A DNA stretch of 64,000 bases, from contig NC_083282.1 in assembly GCF_963506605.1 (NCBI RefSeq), positions 39,246,001 to 39,310,000 of the forward strand, in the 5' to 3' direction. A model generated the notes under the pieces. That model saw only the letters and a program-made list of their open reading frames with translations. It was not told where the DNA came from and did no database searches. The translations under genes and the position numbers were made by a program. Positions within the stretch are counted from its first letter, which is position 1, and every line of letters starts with the position of its first letter. Source of the stretch: Zootoca vivipara. Taxonomy: Eukaryota. Positions 53,263 to 64,000 of the stretch are shown here, in pieces.

Positions 53263-55016
53263 TCATTAGACCAACACACCTTCTCAAATGACTTTGGGTG
53301 CTTCCAGACATGGACAATGTCATAAGGGCCAACCCGATACATTTTGCTGCTGTAAGCAAAATGGCTGACAATGCCCCTGCCCCCATGACACATCCCTCCG
53401 CAAATCCAGGTCCCGATCCTGCCCTCTCCCTGCTCTGGGTGTCATGATGCCTGTGCTGCCGCCAGCCCCGTCACTGCAACTGTACCCTCACCTGCGACTG
53501 TGCCCATGCTGCTGCCACAACACAGCAGCGCAGTGCAAGCTGCAAAAATAATTGGGGATGCATAGATCTTATATGGATGTGTACAGTGCTGAAAGGGAGG
53601 GCGCAGGATCTTAGACAAGAACTCCCAACTGTCATGATCAGGGGCTTCACATCCTGTGTCACCAGTAGCATAAGCCCACCACACTGGGTTTTGATGTGCC
53701 ATCTAGACAGTAATGCCAGCCTGTTCAGCACCCAGTCAGCTGACCCCCAATGACCAATCCCAGGACGCCATGTCCTATAAAGGTTTTGCCTCAGAGCTTG
53801 CTTGTCTTTGGCAGTCTGAATAGCTTCCCTCAGAAGTGAGCCTAAGCTCCTGCTCCCTTTCTCTGATTTTTCTCTTGGATCTTGGGTTTGACTAAATGTA
53901 TGCTTCTGCTTTGGACCTTGACTTCTGCCTGTTTTGGACAGGACACCTGCTTCTGGTTTCATGTGGGCTGACAACAAGCTCCTTTGGGTCCCAGAATCTT
54001 ATTGCCCTAGAGCTGAAGTCTGACAGGATAAGATTTACAACTCCATAACAAGCATCACTCACACTTTCACTCCACACACACACACACACACACACCTAAA
54101 GCTGGGCAGGAAACAGCAGTCTTGCTATTGACTAACAGTGTCTCAGGGATGTGTGAGGGATGATTTCTAGCTTATTTCTGCATGGGACATTCCTTCCTGC
54201 ATAGTACCAAAGACCAACCTTGTATGTGTTCGCTGAACTGCACAGCAGGAACTGGTTTCTTTGTCCCAGGTCAGAGCCAGTGGTGTCAATCTCCTGTGGT
54301 GGATATTAGGAAATGAACAGCAGTTAAGAGCTGCGCCTTCTATTTCACATTGCTGTTGTTAAGCTGGAAGTAGGGTTTTAAATTACCAACCTAATGTATT
54401 TGAGGATTTCTCAGTGAGCTTTGAAAAAATGAACTCGGGAGTGAAAAGGCGTGATAAACCTTCCCAAACAGTAAACTGTATGCTGCCCAGAGTCACATGT
54501 GGTGGTGTTGATTATTATCTAGTTTCAAACCTGTGCTTTAGCTCATCCTATTACTTTCTGCATGAAGATAATATTATTTTCTGTATGAAATACTGCGTAC
54601 CGATAAAGCAAATGTTTCAGTTCGCTTATTTTGAGCCTGTGGCTTTTACCACTGGTTATGTCTTATTCCCTGATTCACTTGGTAAAGTGCAACTTCATAC
54701 TCAGATTAGATCACTAACAAAATTAGCCAAGTAGTTCTTTGAGGCTCTGGTTTCTGTTAAGCCCAGGCAGGGGCGAACGAAGGGGAGGTGGGCCGCCCTG
54801 GGTGCCATCGTGGAGGGGGGGTGACAAAATTATCAAGAACAATTACCGCCCTACCCTCCGAGAGGTGGTTTGGGACCCGGCGCTGTAAGCCTGCAGCCAT
54901 ATATCTGGTCAGCCAATACATATACCCCCATATAGGACTTTAGAATACAGGACATAGACTTCCCTTTTGACAGCGCTGTATCAGGTCCACTGACATATCT
55001 GGCTAAGACAGTGTGA

Positions 55017-55406
<390 letters not shown>

Positions 55407-58294
55407 TGATCATTCGTTGCCCCTGGACCAATCCTCAGAGCATCTGCTCCTGGATTTGTTCCCGTGGCCAAATTAGTGAAGTCCTCCTGTGTGGATTACT
55501 TGCTGCCCCTTACTACTGGCTGCTTGCTTTGCTTGTTCAACATAAATAACAGGGAACTACAAGGCCAACACACAGTTGTGTCATTGAATGGATAAGGGGA
55601 GGAGAAGAAGAAGAATTACTACTGGAGGAGTGAAGATGAGGCAATGCAGATGCAGTTATTATTTATCTTATACATTTTTATATGCCACTTTTCTTCCATC
55701 ATGGAACTCAAGGAAGTGTACATGGGGGTTCCCATGGGAATCTCCCATCCTGGGTCTCTCACCCCATCTTCTCTCTGTTTCTGTCTCTCTCGCACACACA
55801 TACTCTCACATTTCTCCACACCATCTCCATAATGTTACACACAAACACATAGGGGAAATGTTACATCTATAGGTGTGTATTTGAAGGAATGGAAAGAACT
55901 ATTTGGGGTAAAGCACATTCTAACGTTTGTTGTTGGTTCTCCCCTCCCCCCTTTTTTATCCTCACTACAACCCTATGAGGTAGGTCAGGCTGAGAAGCAT
56001 CTGTCTAAGATAAAAGTATCCTCCATTATACTCTGAAGTAAGCGGCCTGTGATGCCTGGATAAAAGTTTGTGGTGTAAATGTGGTGTTTTGCTGTTGTTT
56101 GAACTGTAACTTATGTGGCATCCAAGCGTAGACAGAAAGCTCATCATGACTCAGTTTTTGTTCTAAGAAAGTTTTCCAACACTCTGGCTGATAGCCTGGT
56201 CTAATGATTTTTCTGGAAGAAGGCTTCGTGATAATCAGAATGCATACTGTGAATGGGCAACTCAAATCTGTTTTGTTTTTTTAAAACTAAGCAAAATCCT
56301 TCCAGATGTTCAGCATGTGTTAAATTATCCTCAGGTTGCACAAAGAAAAACTAAGAGCTAAACCAGAGTAACATTAAAGGTGGAGATTCACACATTTGTT
56401 GGGCACATTTCTTTAAAAAATGCAAATAGCAGCCTCTGCTAGGGGATGTTAAATATCAGGATCAAAGCAGGGAGAATTTAACTCCTTCCACCCTGCTGCA
56501 GACCTTAGAAAAATATCTCAGTTTAAGCATTGGGAGGAAATTTCCTCTCAGCAGCTAACAAGAGTGAGTGTACTTCAAATAGAATCGTGGCATGCAAGGA
56601 AAAGGTTAAAAAAAAACCCTGGTACCACAGCACCAATAACACCTTCAATTACCACTGCTGCTTTGGGCTTTTCTTTTTTTAACCACTAGAAAACTGCTCC
56701 TAAGTCCGACATTTTCTTTTAATATAATTTAGTATAATTTTTAATCAATTTATCATAAATGTATGTACAGACTGACACATAATCATACAAACCATAACAG
56801 AACCATACGCTGAGTATATTCTGTATAAAAAAAAACAAATTACAGAGGTGCAGTTACATATAGCCAAGATTTTAAGATGAGTCTATACTATATAGTCTAA
56901 TCACAATGAGGAGTCATGGGAGGAGTACTTATATGACTCTCCATATTTATATAATTTTAAAAATGGAGACGGATCCACTTCAGAACTGTCTGATTTGGCT
57001 TCACCCCAAACTACATGTCTGACCAGATATTCAGATAAAGCTGTGTTCCATACATTAGTAAAACATACCTCTCTCATAGGAATATTTGATGATTTCCAGT
57101 ATAGGGCTGTCTGGCTACTGATAGTAACACAAGCACTATATTTTTATAAGTTATAGGTGATTGACATGAGTCCCACATTTTTTAAAGTAACCATCGCTTT
57201 GGGGTGCAGTTACTTTCTGATTCATGAGAAATTTCATTTTAGGTCCCTGTCATCTGGGAAGTCATTGATGTGCAAGTGGCAAGGCTCACGTTAAAGACCC
57301 TAGATTAAATAACTTGTCTATGGCCAGAGAAAGAAAGAGAAAATGAGGGGTGCTCATTCCTCGGTCAATGGCTTGGCAGTCAAAGGTGCTGAGCATCCAA
57401 ACAACATTGAAATGAGGCTGTGCGCTGCTGGGGAATACTAGATAACTTGTAAATTATTCATAATATTTTCATGTATTTTCAACATATTTTCAAAACCGTG
57501 CGAGCTAAGCCAAGCTTCCTCATGACATAGTTTTGACTTGTCACGATCAAAGAACTGGTAGTCATAAGTTCAGCTTGTTTCCCTTTATTGTGCCATTTTG
57601 TGATTCCATGAGGTGTGTGTAAAAGAAGAGAGAAGGGGCCTTTTGCTCCATTCAGTCTAGGTAGGTCAGTCATGCCAGGCCAGAGGTTCTCTGTTCCCTC
57701 TACCTCCAGATGAGAGTGAGTTTTGTGAATCCAAGGCACATATTTATGAGGGGAAACGAGAGATCATCAAGCCTTCCCAGCTCTTCCCTGGACCACAGAG
57801 ACTTTTCTTTTCTCTGTCAGATCTGACTTGTACAGCCCTGTGAGGGTGAGAAATATCCCTTTGAGTCCAGCAGAAATGCACCCAAGTCCCCAACAGCCAA
57901 TTTTATTAAGTTTCTTTAGAATAAAAAGACAAGGTACAAGCAGAATGGTACATCAAAAAGAAAATGTTTCAAGTCTTTTTCTCTTATTGCAGCTACTTAT
58001 AAACATGCTCCTGGCCTCCTCAGATTAGATGGTCGGCTGAGGGACAAAGACCTATTTGGCAACAGTCATCTTTTAAAGAGTTTTTGGCCCAAGTGGGTCT
58101 TGATTGACAGGTGGCTATGTCCCGCCAATCACAAGGCAGTCACATAGGTAGACAACACCCAGGGCCTAAAACAGTCAAGGTGGCAATAAATTGGAGGTGG
58201 GAGCTGTTAAGGTGCCTTTTTCCTGAACTGTGGGCATGACTTCTCTGCTATGATAGAGAACAAGCGATACCAGGCAATCTTAAGGTGATGGGAA

Positions 58295-58485
58295 GGAGCC
58301 GTAGCTTAGTGGCAGGGCATATCTGCTGTACATGCAACAGTTCCTAGGTTCCATCCTCAGCATCTCCAAGTAGGTCTGGGAAAGATTCCCTGCCTCAAAC
58401 CCTGGTGAATTACTGGCAGTCAGCATAGACAATACTGAACTAGGTGGACTATCGGTCTGAGTCCAAACAAGGCAGCTGCCTATGA
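58295..58485 (+). mobile_element. Old tRNA-derived squamate SINE
   Basis: GTAGCTTAGTGGCAGGGCAT...GGTTCCATCC A/B-box head; related decayed copies near 27530 and 28935. Confidence 0.6.
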
Positions 58486-59384
58486 CAAGTTACCATAAAT
58501 GAGGCTTTATGGGCCTAAATGAGGCCACAGTATGAAATAAACCACTTTAAAAAAATACGTCCAGAACAATGGTCTAATAACCATGTGCATTTGTTGCTTT
58601 GTTTTTTGGCAATGATGGCACAGCAGGTCAGATGTCCAGCGGCACGATGGGATGATAATCCAATGAGTAATCCCATTTTGCTTTCTCTAGTTTCATGGAG
58701 CTTGAGAAGGACTTTTTTATTTCTGGCAGCAGATTTGTCTGCTTCCTTTGTGCACTATTCCCTCTTTGAAAGGGGAAGCTCTACAAGCGTTTTAATGCAG
58801 GTTCTTCTGATAAAGGCTACATTGATTGACTGATGTACTGTGGCTGGAAGGAAAGGTATGGCCTACCAGTAGAATAAAAAAAGGATTCACCAGCTGTGAG
58901 TAGCTCATAATCAGGCCAATCGTATTGATTTTCTTCCCGTCTGCTCTGCATCCATAGCATATGCAAGTCAGATAGTGGTACCAAAGATTCCATCGCGGAA
59001 ATATAAAAACCAGTACACGTGCTGAATGTCAAAGACAAAATGCACATAACTTCCCTCTGCTCTATTCAAAGCTTGCTCCAGTTTGACACTAGTACAAACT
59101 GTATTCCACCTAATCCATCTTTTCTCTGTATAGCCCTGCATAATACTGCGATCCAGAAAGCTGAGCACAGTTAACTGTCCGGGGGTGGTGGCCCAACAGG
59201 GGCTTCTCAAGAAGCATCTGGTTTTGTCTGGCACTGCAGAAACCCAAAAAGATATTGAGCATATGGCAACTGCAATATGTTGCTTGAGAGCTGTGTTCAG
59301 CTTGGTAGTTGTGGAGTTGGTTAGGTACACCTGCGTTCTGTTGCCTTTCAGGGCATCATGCACCTTGCTTTATCTAGAAAACAA

Positions 59385-59755
59385 AGAGGATTTAGATTAA
59401 AATTTTACAGTCACATATCAAACATACAACATAAAAGCAAGATTCCAAGGAATCTCGTGGACTTCCCTCCTCCCCTTTGTGGGTTCTATTGTTAATCATG
59501 TCCTCCTGCATCTTTTATGATAATCCAAATCTTTTACATCTCCATTGTATCCAAAACTCACCACTAAGCTACAAGTGATATCCCAATTCTATTAACGATT
59601 TTAACTGTTTGCAATGGTTTTTAAGATAGGTTATAAATTTCCCCCATTCCTTATTAAAATTTTGGTCTTCCTGCTTTCTGATTCTTCCGGTCATTTTAGC
59701 CATTTCGGCATCATCCATCAACTTTATCTGCCATTTTTCTCTGGTAGGTAAAGTA
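59385..59755 (-). mobile_element. L1 LINE 3' fragment (related copy at 21385-21510)
   Basis: Minus strand PTREKWQIKLMDDAEMAKMTGRIR...FNKEWGKFITYL (ORF2 C-terminus) plus 3' UTR. Confidence 0.75.
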
Positions 59756-59910
59756 CCTACTGGATTAAAAATAAATTAGTACCTAGTAAACCTTAGGCAG
59801 CCTTACTTCTTTAGAAGATTTATTACTTATGTAGAAAAGGAAGGTGTTCACTGGTTGCACTGGTGTTAAAATAAAACACTTTTCTTTTGTGTGTGTTTCT
59901 TCTTTTATAG

Positions 59911-60228
<318 letters not shown>

Positions 60229-60865
60229 GGATGAAGCCTTTCAGACGCCTATCCTCTTGGCACTCTTTCCATGTCAGCTACTCAACGAGACTCACATGAG
60301 AGGCAGCTTGTTCTGGAGCTGGGTTAAAATGCTCACTTATAGTGGCAACTCACCACATCAGGCTAGCCTTGTCCCCTGCCAGTTTAGATCTGAACAGGAC
60401 TCCTGAGCTTTTGCTCAAAATCACACGCTTAGAGTGTATCTGCACCAGCACACTTTCTTAATGCTCGTTTTCATTTAATGTAAATTTGCCCCTCATTTCC
60501 CCAGTACTAATCTTTGTTGGTAGCAAGGGGAAATGATAGGTATAAAAGGAGAATTCCTGGATGCCAAGATCGAAGTTTGGGGCAAGTATTTTTTGGTGAG
60601 AGATTAATAATCACAAAACGTAGCAAAGTGTGTGGGGAAAAGCTGTTAGATGTTTAAAATACACCCTTGTGGGTTCCAAAATGGTCCCTCTTCCCTCGGC
60701 ATAGAAAAAGATCACACGTTTGGTGCATTAAAAACTGGTTCACTTACAAACACTTCAATTGGTTTACTTACAAACATGTCAGGTTCATGTGCTTTTCTAT
60801 ACATCATTCGGAAAACATAGGCAGTAAAACTTGACTTAATTACAGTGATGAAAGTTCCTAAATTA

Positions 60866-62556
60866 GAGACTTCCGGTTGATCGCAATGCCATCGCAGTCG
60901 GAGGTCCGTTCAGCGGAGCGGACCTCGGCGCTTTGAAGATAGGGGAAATCGCTCCAGCGAAGCGGATCCCCCCAAATAAAACCCAAGTCAAGCGTCTTGG
61001 GGTCAGGTCGTCTGGCGGGTGTCAAAAGCGGGCTCCCCCCGTAAGGCTCTGTTTTGAGCCCCCGAGAGCGGGGGGATCGGAGCTGCGACACGGCAGGCAT
61101 AAGATCGCTAATTTCAAAGCGTGACACTGCAGGACTGCAGGGCTACAGTGGTCAATTCTCCCAAATAACTGGATTAAAAGCGTGAGTTTCAATTGGATTT
61201 ATTTGAATTAATTTGGACAATTTGGCCAAGGGAAGAGACTTAAAAACGGGAGTCGGTCTCTCCATTTGAGTGCTCGATGATGCAGTAGATGTGAATGCCT
61301 AAAAATTGGCTTTAAAACACTTCCCTGAAGCAGAGTAAGGGGAAGAGTTAAATTGTATCTAGATCTCTGCAAAGGACTGTGTTTTGATAAGAGGAGACCC
61401 CTCTGAGAATTGGAGTCGGGTCAAAGGAAGGACCGGCTAGCCGCCATTATGTCATCACAATAGAAAGGAATGTGCTTGTTTATCAGAGACTGAGAGATTG
61501 AGGGACTGAGAACTAACGACAGTAGACTGTTTAATATTAATTTAATTTAATTTAAATTAATCTTAATTTAAGATTGAGTGTCAAGAGGAAGATCTAAGAA
61601 ACAGAATAGTTTCCGGCTCTGACGCACGTATTGAAATGGAGGACAATAACAGGATGGAGGAGAAGGTTTTGGATTCTGAAGAGGAAAACATACTTTGGGA
61701 CTTAATCCTGGAAAATATTTTTGAAATGAAAGAGGAGATGCTCAACCCCAAAAGAAAAGTAACAGCTCTGGAGGAGAAGATTGCTGAACCAACAGAACTG
61801 AACTTTGAATTAGAAGATTTAAATTGTGGAGAAAATAAGGAAGAAGAAGCAGTGGAAGAAGAAGTGGAAGAAGAAATCACTGTTCCACCGGTGGGAGGGG
61901 AGGAACAGGGAATGGATTTGACCCAAAAGTCCCAAATAAATGGGAAAACTAGAAAGGCTGCCACCCCAGTGAGAGAGGGGGGGGAGAAGAAGATGGGGGA
62001 CAGAAAGCAAATGAGATTGACGATAAGTTGGGAATACAGCAGGGGGGAAAGGGCTGAGCAAGGGCTGTATTGGGACAGAGCAGGAGTGGGGTGAAGGTGG
62101 AATATGGACTAAATCTATATAGAATGGATAAAGACGGTCTGAACCTGGAAAGTTTTAAGGAGCTAGCTGAAATCTCTGGAGACATCGACTCCAAGGAAAG
62201 GGGGAATAAATTAGTTGGGATTAAAAATAAAATAAAATAAAAGATATAGAAAAAGTTATATGGATATTTTTGGGCAAGAAATAATGGTTTTGAAGTAAAT
62301 GAGAAAGATGTTTTTCTTTAAGGATAGATGTTTAAGATTAAGGTTTAAATTATAAATTATGATGTAAAATTAAGAAATATGAATACTGCAAATTAAGCTA
62401 TTAAAATGAACTCAAGAGGGGGGATGCGGGAAAGTCTACAGTGTTAAGAATTATGATTGGATAATGGATTGAATTTTTTTCTCTTTTTATTTTTCCTTTT
62501 CTTGTTTATTCTTTTCTTCTGTATTTCGTTGTAAAATTAATAAAAATTATTATAAA
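60866..62556 (+). mobile_element. Full-length 1.69-kb non-autonomous L1-type retroposon with one short ORF
   Basis: 15-bp TSD AAAGTTCCTAAATTA (60851-60865 / 62557-62571); GAGACTTCCGG start; CpG-rich 5' region; AATAAA at 62539 with A-rich tail. Confidence 0.85.
61636..62094 (+). CDS. 152-aa acidic, coiled-coil-like ORF inside the retroposon (function unknown)
   Basis: ATG in good context (GAAATGG); open frame; purine-rich L1-like composition. Confidence 0.45.
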   Translation: MEDNNRMEEKVLDSEEENILWDLILENIFEMKEEMLNPKRKVTALEEKIAEPTELNFELEDLNCGENKEEEAVEEEVEEEITVPPVGGEEQGMDLTQKSQINGKTRKAATPVREGGEKKMGDRKQMRLTISWEYSRGERAEQGLYWDRAGVG

Positions 62557-63721
62557 AAAGTTCCTAAATTATTGGTACAGGAACACAAGAGTGGCTTGTT
62601 AGAGCCATGCAGTCTGTGTTTGGAGCAACCAGATCAGACCTCACACGTTGAGCTCCTCAGGCAGGCTGGGAGAGAACAATAGGTTTGATTACCTTCCTCC
62701 CAAGGTGAGGGGGTGTGACCTAGCTAAGCCTGGCATGACGGGTTACTCTGTGGGTTTAACACTTTTGGCATTAATTAGACTTAAGCATGTTGATATGAGG
62801 CGGATAAATTTTGTATGTATGTTAGAATAATTGTGGGTTTCTGGAGACTTCAAAAAAATAGTACTGCTTATGCACAATTACTTCTGTGCACTTGTGTCCT
62901 CATACACATCAATAACTTTGAAGCAGTATGCAGAAGAGATGGGTGTGAAGAGGTATACTTTAACACTGAAAAAGGCAATCTCAATATTAGGAAAAGGATA
63001 TGAAAATAAAACAGCAAGTAATGTGTATGCCTTCACATAAACTGCCCTATGGCGTGTCCCTGTTTAAAATTCTATGTTCAGTTCTCTCACCCCATCTCTA
63101 AAAGGGTATGGTAGAGGTGGAAAAGATACAAAATGGAGAAACTGAAATGATTAGGAGAGATGGAGCACCTTCCCTTATGGAGAAAAGCTTAAGAAGATGG
63201 AGCGTCTTAATGTTGCTTTAAAGAGTGGTGTGACACTTGAACTGCTCTTTAACCCTCCTGCTTGTGTGAAGAAACTAGTGATTAAAGAACATTAACAAGT
63301 AACTAATCCACATTAAGAGATCTTGAGTATGTACTCTTGTCTCCTTTGAGAAGATATCACACTGCTTATGGAATAGTGGAAAAATCACAACAGCCTGTAA
63401 GAGACATTGCAGCAGAAGTATTATAGGCCCTTAGCATCTTGATAACCTATAAGCCAGATGTTTTTGTACCCATTAGGAGCAGAGGGTTGGTGTGTTCATA
63501 TGCCAAGGGTAGGGTGAGGAACCCACAGTTTGTTCATACTTCATGTTGACTTAAGAAGTCAGCCTCTGACATGATGAAAAACTTTTAGAGTCCTGAAATA
63601 ATTCAGAACTCGTATTCCATCTCTCTTCTTAATGAAAAAAGATACACATCAATTCTTCCCCTTCTTAATAAAAAATCTAGCTTTGTTTTTTAAACAATAT
63701 TTTTTTTCTAACAATATAGCT

Positions 63722-63857
63722 CAGGCATCCCCCAACTGCGGCCCTCCAGATGTTTTGGCCTACAACTCCCATGATCCCTAGCTAACAGGACCAGTGGTCG
63801 GGGAAGATGGGAATTGTAGTCCAAAACATCTGGAGGGCCGAAGTTTGGGGATGCCTG
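63722..63857 (+). mobile_element. hAT MITE, copy 8
   Basis: TIRs; TSD ATATAGCT/ATCTAGCT. Confidence 0.88.
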
Positions 63858-64000
63858 ATCTAGCTGGTCTTCCATTTAAAACCATAAAGCAAATTTAAAT
63901 ATTCCTGGGACAAATTCAAAAGCTGGTTTTTAAAGTAACAAGTTTATGAGTACAAATCACCTGGGGCAGAACTACACTCATGGTTTATAACGTTAAAGAA

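Noticed and set aside
53471-53977. 168-aa minus-strand ORF in CDCP2 intron 4
   Set aside because: No domain similarity, non-ATG start and no exon context.

Overview
This is eukaryotic, intron-rich vertebrate DNA, almost certainly from a squamate (probably a lacertid-like lizard), judged from Sauria SINEs, BovB/RTE, CR1, L2 and a tRNA-Lys/CR1 SINE. It holds three spliced genes in the conserved order MRPL37 (minus, 7 coding exons, 15720->5333, 434 aa), CYB5RL (plus, 6 coding exons, 18283-28034, 308 aa) and CDCP2 (plus, 6 coding exons, 42615-60228, 537 aa). MRPL37 and CYB5RL are head-to-head across a CpG island. All exons were delimited by hand from GT/AG sites and phase continuity. Most ORFs in the supplied track are spurious or TE-derived. 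The introns and intergenic DNA carry many mobile elements: 8 copies of a ~136-bp hAT MITE with nnnTAnnn target sites, Tc1/mariner MITEs, an internally deleted hAT, a solo LTR and LINE fragments. The most notable observations are four. (1) A TSD-flanked, apparently full-length 1.69-kb L1-dependent retroposon encodes only a small acidic ORF. (2) A Helitron is nested in an opposite-strand Helitron and its interior is a chain of GC-rich hairpins. (3) CDCP2 has a CUB x3 + isolated ZP-N-like + terminal TM architecture. (4) Penelope-like remnants carry decayed minimal hammerhead ribozymes. None is demonstrated novel without database searches.
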